DNA of 64,000 bases, from positions 186,001 through 250,000 of the forward strand of contig OW569368.1 in the NCBI GenBank assembly GCA_937625935.1. The letters run 5' to 3'. This DNA is from Tetramitus jugosus. Taxonomy: Eukaryota; Protista; Heterolobosea. A program made the position numbers and the translations under genes. Shown here piece after piece: positions 43,124-54,415 of the stretch. How positions within the stretch are numbered: the first letter of the stretch is position 1; each line of letters begins with the position of its first letter. A model generated the notes under the pieces. It ran no database searches. It was given only the letters and a program-made list of their open reading frames with translations, and was not told the origin of the DNA.

Positions 43124-45523
43124 ATGCAGCATTCATCATCATCCAATCATCATCAACAACCACCACAGGAATCTTCATCATCCTCTCCAACAACAAGTTC
43201 CCAATTTTCCTATCCCTATCACTCCCAACAACAGCAACAACAACCCTATCAACAACAGACACAACCGCAATCGCAACCACAGCATCACATTATTAAACAA
43301 ACAACGATATCACAACAACAACCTCAACAACCTCATGACATGATGTATCAACCGCAACAACAACAACAATCCATATCCTCATCATCTTCGTCATCATCAT
43401 CATCCTATCAAAGAATGGCACCACAACACCATCATCATTCTCCTCCTCCTCCCCCTCTTCAACACCACAATTACCAACATTATCCTTCTACGAATGCTCC
43501 TCAAGCAAGGATGGAGTCATTATCATCATCATCACAACAGCAGCAGCAGCAACAACCACTATCACAACAACAAATGGTGCATGCGCCAGCTACATATGCA
43601 TCACCTCCCAATGTCAATTCACCATCCGTCACGACAACCATACCCAAGAAGGGTCCTAGTTGTCATCACTGCAGACAATCTCATATTGGATGTGACGGAA
43701 ATCGACCATGTCAAAACTGTGTACGAAAAAACAAGATTTGTTTCGATTATGACAAGAAATTGATACGGAAGAGTGTAGGTGGAGGTGGTGGTGGTGGTGC
43801 CAGTAGTAGCACACCTGGTGCTACAAAATCCAAAGTACCACCTCCATCAACAAGCACTCCACCACCACCACCACCAACATCGTCATCATCAGCAACCACT
43901 CCAACTCCAACAACAGTCAATGAGCAAGTGTACCATAGAAACAACAACAACAACAACAATAGTAATATTGGATCGTTTCATTATGTAGAAAACACAATGG
44001 ACAACAACAATCAAGCTCAGAATATGGGTAGCGGAAATATTAGTCATAATAACAGTAGTAGCAATCATCAGTTTCATGCGATTCAAATGATGGAACACGA
44101 GATGGAGTCGATTCGAGAGCAGTTGAACAAACGAGATGAGCAAATGAAGGATTTGGCAGTGCAGAACCAGTTTTTGATGAAGGTGGTGAACGAGTTGAAA
44201 GAACTTGACAATCATCATCAAAAACAATCACCATCCTTGCAAGGCAGTAGCAGTACAGGTATTAGCAATGTGAACAAGACGAGTAGTGGCAACAATAATG
44301 ATGATTTTTACATGTTTCAGACTCCGCAACAACATGAATATTCGCTCATGGTGTGGGAACCACCACAGGAATTATTGAGACCATGTTACATGTTTGATAC
44401 AGTCACGTTTCGTATCATTGGATGCAATCGAGCATTTTGTGAAATGACTGGGTACTCTGTGGAGCAATTGAAGAGAACTTCATTGTTTTCCCTGTTACCG
44501 GAGCGTTTGAGAGAACCATGGAAGGTTTTACTACAGTGGGCTGCTTACAGTTCCATTCAAACTGTATGTCGCGTTTTTTAATTTCGTTGTCTTTTTTGTG
44601 GTGTTTTCTTCTCGTCTAACACAACGTTCATATTTGGTTGAAAATTCATGGTGTATTTATTACTACTACTACTACTATGACTACTACAACTACAGTTGGA
44701 TGGAACAGGCATTGTGTTGTTTAGTGGAAATCGAGAGAAGTGTGTCAAAGTGAGACGCGTGATTGAGAAGAATTTTATGCGAGTAGAGTATGAGCCGACG
44801 ACGATATTCACCGATAGTTTTGTTGTGGATGGCATTCAGATTCCAGAGACTTTTCGGATCATGTACAATGAAGTGTTGCATCAAAACATGTTGGCCATTC
44901 CGACAACGTCCTATCAACGCCTATTAGATTTGTTTGTCAAGCTAAAGTCGCTACGGGAGACACATTATACTTCATTGCCCGAGTCATTGGGCAATGTTCA
45001 TCGTCCTTCGCCATCTGCTTCTCCGCAACAACCACAATCGCAACAACAATACTCTCAATCACAACAATCGCAACAACCACAGACGCAGCAACAGGTACAA
45101 CAGACAGGAAGAAGTAGTAGCGATAGCAACGGTGAACAAGGTTATAGCAATACGAGCTGTAACAGTATGAGCAATAACGCTAACAGTTCAAGTGCGCACG
45201 GAGCAAGCGGTAGTTCTTTGGGCTACCAAGCTACAGTACATCCTCCAGAGTACGAATTTCAGCAATTAGCAGACAAGTACGGTGCAAAAATCTACTCTCA
45301 GATGATTGCTGATCAACAGCAACAAAGCAGCGCACAAGTAATTCAACCTCAGTACTCTGCGACTCAACCAGTCACATACACGTACACGCATACTCCCTCC
45401 GGTACCGTCATTAGTCTGCCTCATTCGATGGAAACGTTCTCAATTTCTATGGCGAACGATCAATCTGTCCCGATTGTGCGACCGGCGTTGCCCTCTCATG
45501 TATTTCTAGGAAAACCAACCTAA
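43124..45523 (+). CDS. Zn(II)2Cys6 binuclear-cluster transcription factor with PAS domain; exons 43124-44563, 44696-45523
   Basis: 'CHHCRQSHIGCDGNRPCQNCVRKNKIC', coiled coil, PAS 'RIIGCNRAFCEMTGYSVEQL'. Phase-0 intron 44564-44695 (GTATGT..CAG). Confidence 0.85.
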
Positions 45524-45568
45524 TATTATTATTTCTATACATTATGTATTGAGTTTTATTGTACAATC

Positions 45569-46996
45569 TTACACTTCGCCCATGTAAGAGGCATGTTCGA
45601 GTGTTCCTCCAATTTCAATCTCACTGATTCGTTCCTCGCCAATCAAGTTCAACACATGATCCAACGACTCAACGTTAGAGAATTGAACAGGAACATATCC
45701 CCATCTAGAGTATTCTCGCGCCCATGTTATGGTACCAACATCGTATGCATTCTTTTCTCGTGCTACCTCAACATTAGTGGCATGATGTAAGTACAGCATC
45801 TTTGCCGATTTAGAGAAAGGTGTCTGATACAACTTGACCAATCGCTTGTTTGTTATGACATACTCTGTCGTCAAACTAGGTAGCAATAACGAAAAGATGA
45901 CGCTTGCAAACGAACAGCACACAAACACCCACAACACTAAAATATTCCATAACATTTGATCCATGTGCATTACGATCCATACAGGAACAATCACAAAGAA
46001 CAATCCTGACAATAAACAAAATAGAACCAAGACGGCAATCCACACTTCCTTTTGTTTCGTAATCAACACACTCAAACTAGGATGATAATGCCACTCCAAA
46101 GACTCGCCTTCGTCCAAATGTTCGTGCAACAATCGTTGATACCTGCTCGATACTTCTGCCACATGAGTTGTCATCGCACTATTGTCTTCACCTCTCAGTT
46201 GCACCGTGTAGCTCTTCTTTGCTACCAAACTCCTTCCATAACACAGGTAATGTACCATTTGTCGTAACGAGGTTTTCACAAAAGAAGATCCAACTCCTTG
46301 TTCTTCACCTCCGTCTGCTTCTTCCTGTTGATCAACACCATGGCGATCACACATCATTGCCACCCAAATGCCCACTAAACAAAACAATGGAATTGCAAAT
46401 CCTAGACCGATCGAGGCATACAATATTCGGGCAAATACCAGGCCTGAAGTGTCCACTTGGGCCAAATCTCTGACTTGTGCACTTCCAATGCGATTATAAG
46501 TACAAGTGAGGTTCTGATTCTGCTTGTATTTTGCGTTGACACACTGCTGAATCTTTTCACGTGTTACACTGTTTCCACAGACACTGAACCAAGCCAGTTT
46601 CTTCTCTCCTGCATCCGTCTCCTTTGAAGAAAAATAGTCCGATGGCTTCATCGGAGAATCTTTTTGACTATCAAAAGGATAAACGACATAGATGTGAGCG
46701 TGATACTCGACATAATCCTTCACAATGGTCACATTATGAACACCACAAGGCACATTAGTCCATGTGATTGGATTGTGAGTCGTTGGCATCATAATCCAAA
46801 CCAAGGGAACAAAAAACAGGACAAAGAAAAAGCAAAAGGCGGCTATCAGGTAAATCCAACCAGGACAGTTGAGATGAGAGACAATTTTGACTGTGGCCTT
46901 GTTGGAAATGTCATAGTGACGACCCGCATGACGGTTGTTCCTGGAAGAAAAACACCGATTGTAAAGAGAGGAAAATGGCGCCAAAATTGATTGCAT
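45569..46996 (-). CDS. Multi-pass membrane protein with C-terminal bacterial-PH-like domain
   Basis: About 4 hydrophobic segments; 'LDEGESLEW...EYVITNKRLV...VGTITW...FSNV' resembles bPH_2-type domains. Confidence 0.6.
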   Translation of the reverse strand: MQSILAPFSSLYNRCFSSRNNRHAGRHYDISNKATVKIVSHLNCPGWIYLIAAFCFFFVLFFVPLVWIMMPTTHNPITWTNVPCGVHNVTIVKDYVEYHAHIYVVYPFDSQKDSPMKPSDYFSSKETDAGEKKLAWFSVCGNSVTREKIQQCVNAKYKQNQNLTCTYNRIGSAQVRDLAQVDTSGLVFARILYASIGLGFAIPLFCLVGIWVAMMCDRHGVDQQEEADGGEEQGVGSSFVKTSLRQMVHYLCYGRSLVAKKSYTVQLRGEDNSAMTTHVAEVSSRYQRLLHEHLDEGESLEWHYHPSLSVLITKQKEVWIAVLVLFCLLSGLFFVIVPVWIVMHMDQMLWNILVLWVFVCCSFASVIFSLLLPSLTTEYVITNKRLVKLYQTPFSKSAKMLYLHHATNVEVAREKNAYDVGTITWAREYSRWGYVPVQFSNVESLDHVLNLIGEERISEIEIGGTLEHASYMGEV

Positions 46997-47483
46997 CTTA
47001 GGCGTGTTTGAGGGATGCACCAAAGGCTGCAGAGCGTTGTTTGTGTTGCTTTTGTCTTGTTGACTTTGTTCAACAAAAGGGGAGAAAAGTAGGTGAAACA
47101 TGGAATTTCCATCCGCCCAAGTTCCTTAGATATCCATGATGTCAGACAGCCAACTACGGGATAGATTCCACACAGGAAAAAGGTGCCAAGGAGGTCGGGC
47201 GCTCGACCAATGGTTCGAAAGGAGCAACACACAAGTCCAATTAGTTCAGAGCTCGTACTCTGACTTCCATCAAGTTTGCAAGAACCAAGGAAATATATCC
47301 ATACTGCTTTCCTCAGGAATGATCAGATTATTTTCATTTGTTGATCAACAGAAATAGGTCGAACCTTTCGCCCAAATCTTCCTTATGAGATATTTCAGAG
47401 ATAATCCCCGAATACAAACAGCACAAAAACCGGTTTCGAAACCATTTGAGACAACAGATACACTACTCAATCACGTGACTATA

Positions 47484-48068
47484 ATGTCAAGCATGTTCAA
47501 TCGTCTAATACATTCGAGTTCCGAAAGCTCACTGCGTCATGAAGGAGAAGTGGCTGAATGCTCACAAGCAGGAGTGTGTGACTCCATTCAGATCAAAAAT
47601 GTGTCTGTCCAAGATTGCGTTCAAGTGATTACCGATTATGAGAAGTATCCAGAGTTTATGTCTCTGTTCAGTTCTGTGTTCGTCAAACAACACGGAATAG
47701 ACAGATCGACTTCCGCGAATGACGAGATGTTTGTCGTGGAATACAACGTTCAAACAACTTTTAAGAACGCATGCTATGTTCTACAGGTCAAAAAACATTG
47801 TGATTTGAACAGACAGCATGCTATTATCAACTGGACATTGGTTCAGGGGCCATTCCGCTACAATAATGGATATTGGGAGTTGACACAAATGGGATCGGAT
47901 GTCTTAGCAAAATACTCACTAGATATGGCCTTCTCCATCCAGGTACCAAAGATGATCAAATCATGGATCATGACAAAGGTTCTGCAGAATTCAATGATGT
48001 CCATGGAGAACAGAATCAAACAGGTAGCCCTTGAAAGATCGACCATTCATGGCACAACACTCACTTAA
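47484..48068 (+). CDS. START/SRPBCC (Coq10/RatA/polyketide-cyclase-like) protein
   Basis: 'VITDYEKYPEFM', 'INWTLVQGPFRYNNGYWEL', C-terminal helix. Confidence 0.8.
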   Translation: MSSMFNRLIHSSSESSLRHEGEVAECSQAGVCDSIQIKNVSVQDCVQVITDYEKYPEFMSLFSSVFVKQHGIDRSTSANDEMFVVEYNVQTTFKNACYVLQVKKHCDLNRQHAIINWTLVQGPFRYNNGYWELTQMGSDVLAKYSLDMAFSIQVPKMIKSWIMTKVLQNSMMSMENRIKQVALERSTIHGTTLT

Positions 48069-48133
48069 AAATCGATAATACAATAAAGATAAACTCATTC
48101 TGTTGTTGTTGTACACATAAATAACGACTATCT

Positions 48134-49879
48134 TTAATAACCTCCTTGGTTGCCAAACTCCTTTTCAATTTGACCATTGAATGGATTGACTGGACCAACG
48201 AAGCCTGGATAAGCATCATTAATGTGCTTCCACAAAACAGCTGACAAAATCGGGTCGCCATTCTTGACAGAAGGATGGAATCCATCAACTGGGTCAATCA
48301 ATTGGCTCAATGGCTTGCCTTCTTGTTCTGCAATATCGAATGCCTCATCCAACAACTCTGCAAAGTCAACAAATCCAATTTCAAAGTTCTTGAACTTAGC
48401 ACTGCTTGCAGTGGTTCGAGCAATAGAATCGAGTTCCATTGCACGAGCAGAAGCAGCAGCTCTTGAGGCAGCATCACTGGTCAACCAAGTGTTACATGGG
48501 TTAACACCAGTGCAGCTCAAGAATTCATAGAATTGAGCATAGGTAATGTTGGATCCCAAAGGATGTGGCAACTTACTCATCAAATCATAAAGGATGCTAC
48601 CATCAACGAGACCAAAGAGAAGAACCTTGGAGTCTGGTGGGAGGACAGTGTCCAACTTGGCCAAACCTGCATTCAACTGTTCAGTGTACTCGTCTGGAGT
48701 AGTCATCTCTGCAAGAGTCTTGGCACAGATATCATTTCCAATGTAGGCAATAGTGACCAATGCAGGCTTGCTATCAGCATCAATGGAGATGGTGTCAATC
48801 TGTGGAGAAAGATCATAAATGTCACCACCATTCTTGGCAACATTTTGGAATTGTCTGTGATAACATCTGTTGTTGTTTCTCAGTCTCAAGTAGAGAGAGT
48901 CGGAACACTTGTTGTTATCCCAACCACTGCCCCAGACTTGATCAGGGTGATCCAACTCATCAATGACACCAGACAAAACATGAGTCAAGTTCTTCAACTT
49001 GATCCATTCGACAGGAATACCGAATCCAGCAGTAGCACTGTCACCCAAGTTGATCAATTGTCTTGGTGCATTTGCTCCGGAGCAGTACTTTTGCTCAGCA
49101 TTGGCAGGAATACCGTTGCAATCACGATCCTTCTTACCAGATGCGTCTTCCTTCTTTCCAGGTCTAACATTCTTGTCAAAGTCATTGCAGTCTCTGCCTC
49201 TCCAGTTGGCACCTCTTGGAACAAAGTGAACAGAAGAGAACCAGTCCTTGTCCAAATCAATCTTTGGTCTTGCACCGACGTGAGCAGGCTCAGTTGGGTG
49301 AGCCTTCCACTGATAGAACATGACATTACTGATCACTCTTGATTGCATTTGCAAGAGCTCGACCAATGGATTCGTGCTCATACGAACAGATCGATCAGTG
49401 TAGTAGTTTGGACCTTGAGAGATGTGGCAGTTAGGGCAGAGCTTGATCTTGGAGCAGATGTAATCTGGTGTTTCATTGGAAAGGATCAATGAAACAATAT
49501 CCTCAGTAAAGTTCTCGACAACAAACTTGCAGACGTCCTTTGACTTGTCGTTTGGCAAAACATCACAAGCCTTCTTCAAAAGACTTCTGACTGGGATTGT
49601 AGCTGTTGGGAGGTTGACAATAACCTCTTGGACAGCAATCACACAAATAGCACACTTTATACCATCCTCAGCTATCATTCAATCAACAAAAAAATAACAA
49701 GGTAAGCTGTCATCTACAACTTTTTAACCGGCAAGAGTATTTTGGCGCAAAAAAAAGAACATACCTTGGGCGGTAAAGTCGTTTTTTCTCTTATGAGAAA
49801 TGTTCTTGGCACTGGTGAAGGTTGCAGTCAACACCAGGACAATTGCCAGAAGGAGTACAAGAGTAAACTTGGTGCTCAT
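48134..49879 (-). CDS. AOAH: Acyloxyacyl hydrolase (signal peptide + saposin-B + SGNH lipase); exons 49879-49765, 49671-48134
   Basis: Signal peptide in exon 1; saposin 'CAIC...C...C...PDYICSKIKLC'; 'NWRGRDCND'; nucleophile 'LGDS'; 'IGNDIC'; 'DPVDGFHPS'. Phase-1 intron 49672-49764. Confidence 0.9.
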
Positions 49880-50409
49880 AGATGTGTGCGAATTCGTTTT
49901 TTGTGGTGGGTGTTGATGTGCGTGTTTGGATGGGGTAGTTGGTCCTTTGGAACCTAATCCACGCAGCCGGGGTAATTGCACATGACGTGGATCGAGCGCG
50001 ATAGCAGCAAGCACAAATCTGAATGGACTGACCTATCAGTTTGTTACTGAACAGTGCTGAGCTACAGTAATTGCTTCGAAATGTAAAGAAAGGTATTTCT
50101 CCTGTTGGAAGGAACTGGTGTATTGGTGGTTGCCGAGATAGTCCGCTATGAGGGAAACTCAGCCTCGATATTCTTCCTAATGCGAGAAATTCAGCTGTTC
50201 TTCTTCTGTTCAAAACAACTATCAAGAATCTGTCACACTGTCTCTTGCATGTGCTTTGTTCCCAGAGATCACCCAAGCCCAACAAATTTACATCTTCAAC
50301 GAAATCGAGGAACTTTCGGAGAAAAGCCCACATACAATAAATCACAAAACATCAAAACAAAAAGCTCTGTCAAGACCAGTCTGATCCGAAGAGTTGATAC
50401 CTCAAAAGA

Positions 50410-52677
50410 ATGCATCGCACAACTACAGTCGATATTGACTTGAATGATGTTGCATTTTCTGATGATGATGAAGACGATGAAGACAACCACTATGTTACAC
50501 ACATTCCATCACCAATTGCCCCTGTAGTTGTAGCAGCTCTAGAGTCATTTGAATCACCACCACCACCTCTTCCTCCATCACCATCACCACCACCACTACC
50601 AACAATACAAAAATTATTATCATTCTCACCATCTCCACCATCAGCCAGCGCTCAAACACCTCATTGTGATACAGATTTAACAACAAACGATACACCATTT
50701 CATCATCATTCCCCTCTTGCCACTTCGAATGAAAGTAGCAATAGTAACAGTAGTAGCAACACTATGAATCATTATCATCATAACAACATTGATAACAATC
50801 GTCAAACAACGACTTCAAAAACAAGAAATCATGCACAACAACATTTCACCACCTTGCAATCAAATAGTAGTAATGCCCTCAAGAGAAAGCGACCAACAGA
50901 ATCTGAATCATCTACAGAACAAACAATAAACAACAACAATAATGATAGTAGTAGTAGTAGTTCACCGAGACCAAAGAAACAAGTTCGTTGGAGTCCCAAT
51001 TTGGATCAAATACGTTGGATAGAATCACTTGAGGCCCATTCTGACAACAATACCAATAATAACAACAACAATCATAATATCTCTCCACCTCCCATCAATA
51101 CTACTGCTATTGCTACTCACATGCACAATGATATGCACCCGAATGCTCTTCACAGGAAATCACAAGGTCTCACTGTACAAACCCAATCACATTCAGCAAC
51201 AATTTTGAGCCATAATAACAGCAACAATAGTAGTCATCATCATCATAATGGATCACCAATAATGTCAACCACTTCTCCAACAAACGGTACTCCCTCTCCC
51301 AATACGACTCCAACTAGTAGTAGTAATAGTAGTAGTAGTAGTAGTGGTGTATTGGGTAGTGGACAAGTAATTGGTCCACGCATATTCGTAGAAAAGAGAG
51401 TCATACATGACATGGAATCTCAGATTCAACAATTGAAAGACACAGTACAAGAATTGAATCAGATGATAACCGAACAGGACAAGAAGATCAAATTTCTCGA
51501 AAGCGTGAAATGTCCTGATTATAAGCTTCATTTGAATCAGAACAACCATAACAATAGCAATAATAGTAGTGCTAGTCCACCTAGTAGTAGCATTGCCAGT
51601 CGTAGTAATAGCAATAATACGATCAACTATCTATTTTCTGCTCCGGCAAAAGAAGGAAAAGTGATTGCATATGATTTGTGGTACAAGGATCAAAAGTATC
51701 GAAAAGCAAATTTGGATGCCAATGGAGTGCAGTACGATATACCTTCCTCGATCGACTGCAATCGATACAATAGTAGTAATCGATTGATGGATGATCGTTG
51801 TCTTGGAATGACACAGTGGGACAATGAACACATGTTGATTAGTTATCTTCAAAATAATCAATTGATCAAGTGGAATGTGATGAAAGAGAAACCAGTGTTG
51901 ATCGAGCCTCGGTTATCGTCCAAATCTGTGACAAACAGTGTATCGGCGTCTGCAAGGTCGTTTAGAGCAGGAAAGATTTTTCGGTTTCGGGACAAGTTGG
52001 TCAATATCGTCAATTCTTCTCGGAGGCCATGCTGGCTTCAGTTGATTAATGTCGATATGGGGCAGGTGGTGCTGGACGCGGAGCCATGCTCGAAATGGAT
52101 CAACTCTGCATGTGTAGGTGGTCAATATGACACTGGAGTGCACAACAGCTATATGGCGTCCAATGCCAACAGAGACATGTATCTTTTCAGTTGCTCGCAA
52201 GATTTGTCCGTACAAAGATATCACATGGATCAGGGCACAAACGATTGGACAGTGAAGGTTGAACATGATCCACGGTCTATCATTTGGAGTTACACACATC
52301 AATTGTTGTTCTGTGGCCTGAAGAGTGGTGTGATCAATTGCTATGATACGAGACAATCAAAAATAGCTTTCAGCATTGGCACTAAGAGTCACAGTTGTGG
52401 TAGTTTGTTGGAACACAAGGGTATGTTGGTCAGTGGCGCATGGAAGCAAGTAGCCATCTGGGATGTTCGACAGTCAGGTTCAAGTGCCTTGAGTAAGTTT
52501 GAAACACCCGAGCGCGTACAGAGTATTGTTCCAGTATTCAATAATCAAGAGATATGTGTGAGTTCTGGTCATGAGGCGTACATCTATAGTGTTTCCTCGG
52601 GAAGAGCTACCCGGAAGCAATTCGTTTACGGCGAGACACCATTTTACACTGTAGGTATTTTTGAAGCAAACCGATAA
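50410..52677 (+). CDS. Disordered + coiled-coil + WD40 beta-propeller protein
   Basis: Low-complexity N-half with 'KKQVRW'; coiled coil 'IQQLKDTVQELNQMI'; WD repeats 'FCGLKSGVINCYD', 'VSGAWKQVAIWD'. Confidence 0.75.
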   Translation: MHRTTTVDIDLNDVAFSDDDEDDEDNHYVTHIPSPIAPVVVAALESFESPPPPLPPSPSPPPLPTIQKLLSFSPSPPSASAQTPHCDTDLTTNDTPFHHHSPLATSNESSNSNSSSNTMNHYHHNNIDNNRQTTTSKTRNHAQQHFTTLQSNSSNALKRKRPTESESSTEQTINNNNNDSSSSSSPRPKKQVRWSPNLDQIRWIESLEAHSDNNTNNNNNNHNISPPPINTTAIATHMHNDMHPNALHRKSQGLTVQTQSHSATILSHNNSNNSSHHHHNGSPIMSTTSPTNGTPSPNTTPTSSSNSSSSSSGVLGSGQVIGPRIFVEKRVIHDMESQIQQLKDTVQELNQMITEQDKKIKFLESVKCPDYKLHLNQNNHNNSNNSSASPPSSSIASRSNSNNTINYLFSAPAKEGKVIAYDLWYKDQKYRKANLDANGVQYDIPSSIDCNRYNSSNRLMDDRCLGMTQWDNEHMLISYLQNNQLIKWNVMKEKPVLIEPRLSSKSVTNSVSASARSFRAGKIFRFRDKLVNIVNSSRRPCWLQLINVDMGQVVLDAEPCSKWINSACVGGQYDTGVHNSYMASNANRDMYLFSCSQDLSVQRYHMDQGTNDWTVKVEHDPRSIIWSYTHQLLFCGLKSGVINCYDTRQSKIAFSIGTKSHSCGSLLEHKGMLVSGAWKQVAIWDVRQSGSSALSKFETPERVQSIVPVFNNQEICVSSGHEAYIYSVSSGRATRKQFVYGETPFYTVGIFEANR

Positions 52678-52754
52678 AACATATCAATTTGCAGCTCATG
52701 GATTCATCAATTTGTGTTTGTTGTTTATTGTTAGTTTGGTAGGAGATAGATGAC

Positions 52755-54137
52755 TTAGAACTTCATTTGTCTAACACTCATGAATTCTCTGACTTGATCG
52801 TCAGTAATCTTTGCTCTAGCTTCTTGATGCTCCTTCACCAAAGCTTGCAATACTTCAATCAACTTTTTCTTGACTTCACCAGTCAACAACTCTCCCTTTC
52901 TGTACTTCTCAACAATATCATTCAACTCGTCATCATCCTCCAAGAAGAAGCTGAGGTAAGCAATACTGATATCAACCTCAACTCTAGCTCCGAGTGCGCG
53001 TTGCTCTTCCAATGTGTTTCTTCCACCAGAGAATGCATATCGATTGATGCTGTTCTTGATTTGATTTGGTGTATCGGTCAAGAAAATACCAGTTGGAATA
53101 TTGCCCTTGCCAACCACACTAGCACTCATCTTTGTTTGATGACCTTGCAGTGCAGGGAAGAACTTGCTGTGCAACAGAGCTGGCTTCTGGAATCCGAGAC
53201 GTGGTGCCACATCACGTGTCATTCTAAAGTATGGATCTTGATCAATGGCACATGGAATCAAGCACAAAATGTCTTCTGGCTTTGGTGGTTCATCCTTCTT
53301 CTTAATATCGTCTCTTTCTCTCTTGGATTCATTCACCTTCTTATTTGACTTTTTCTTTCCATCATCAACGGCAACATTTGTGGCTTTTGTCGGTGCTGGG
53401 AACATGTGAGGGAACGCACTAGGGAATGATGGAGCAGCTTGAATCGCAGGGAAGCCAAACTTTCCAATACAGTCACTGTCATTGAATCCAAAGATGCCCT
53501 TGACTTGATTGGCAGTCACACACTTTTGAATACGGCACACTGTTGGATACATGTGACCCAAGTACTCCAAATCAGAAAAGATAAAAGTCTTGTTGACATC
53601 AAAGCCACATGCAATAATATCCTTGACATTCTCAATGCACATCTGCTTGGCCTCCTCTACCGTAATATTCTTCCACAATGACTTTTCATCATCAGTCATT
53701 TGAACCACCAATGGAACACCAAATGCATCTTGCAAGTACTTTGTGAACAGGAAGGGAACCAAGTGACCAAGATGCATACTTGTGCTGGATGGTCCACGAC
53801 CAGTGTACAAGTAGAATGGAGGTGTTTGAATATCTGGGTGTTTTTCCCTTCGGAGTTTCACATGATCCAAAATCATTTTCATGTCTCTGTGTGAAAAAAA
53901 GATGCCTCTTCGGAGAAATCGGTGCGGCTTTTGTCCGGTGATTTGTTCAATTTCTTTAATGAGTGATTGATCAATGAGGGAGCTGCCAAATCTGTTGACG
54001 AGTTTCATGTAATCGATGCCTGTTTCACTCGATGATTGAACAGTCCATGGATCCAAAATGTCTTCTTGTGGAACAGTTTTTTGTTCTTCTTCTGTTGGTG
54101 TGGATGTGGCCACAGCAGGTGGTGCGCTTTCACTCAT
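52755..54137 (-). CDS. WARS1: Cytosolic tryptophanyl-tRNA synthetase
   Basis: '[16 protein letters not shown]', 'QMTDDEK', '[14 protein letters not shown]', 'KMSAS'. Probable start 'MSESAPP'. Confidence 0.97.
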   Translation of the reverse strand: MSESAPPAVATSTPTEEEQKTVPQEDILDPWTVQSSSETGIDYMKLVNRFGSSLIDQSLIKEIEQITGQKPHRFLRRGIFFSHRDMKMILDHVKLRREKHPDIQTPPFYLYTGRGPSSTSMHLGHLVPFLFTKYLQDAFGVPLVVQMTDDEKSLWKNITVEEAKQMCIENVKDIIACGFDVNKTFIFSDLEYLGHMYPTVCRIQKCVTANQVKGIFGFNDSDCIGKFGFPAIQAAPSFPSAFPHMFPAPTKATNVAVDDGKKKSNKKVNESKRERDDIKKKDEPPKPEDILCLIPCAIDQDPYFRMTRDVAPRLGFQKPALLHSKFFPALQGHQTKMSASVVGKGNIPTGIFLTDTPNQIKNSINRYAFSGGRNTLEEQRALGARVEVDISIAYLSFFLEDDDELNDIVEKYRKGELLTGEVKKKLIEVLQALVKEHQEARAKITDDQVREFMSVRQMKF

Positions 54138-54415
54138 TGTTTTTTTGTATGTGTGTGTTTTGTTGTTTTCTTGGTCTTTTTGTTTGTTGTTTTTCGCACG
54201 GAACAAAAAGAAGAATTTCGAGTGTTTCTTCGTGGAGGAAGATTCTTTTTCCCGATTGCAGGATGCATTTTTGTGTTGGAATTGGTGAATTCGAGAGAAT
54301 TTGCCCACGGAACTGTAGACGGATGGTCAAGTGTCGATCACATGTCACATATTTTGGGATCCACAGGAACATCATCACCGGTCGCAGCTGAGAGGAAACA
54401 AACAACAAAACAATC

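Noticed and set aside
47193-47220. tRNA from GGTTCGAA next to the palindrome GGTCGGGCGCTCGACC
   Set aside because: No cloverleaf; T-stem does not pair.
48533-49342. 269-aa antisense ORF over AOAH (also 52767-53348 over TrpRS)
   Set aside because: Typical antisense open frames caused by codon bias in the real genes; no protein motifs.
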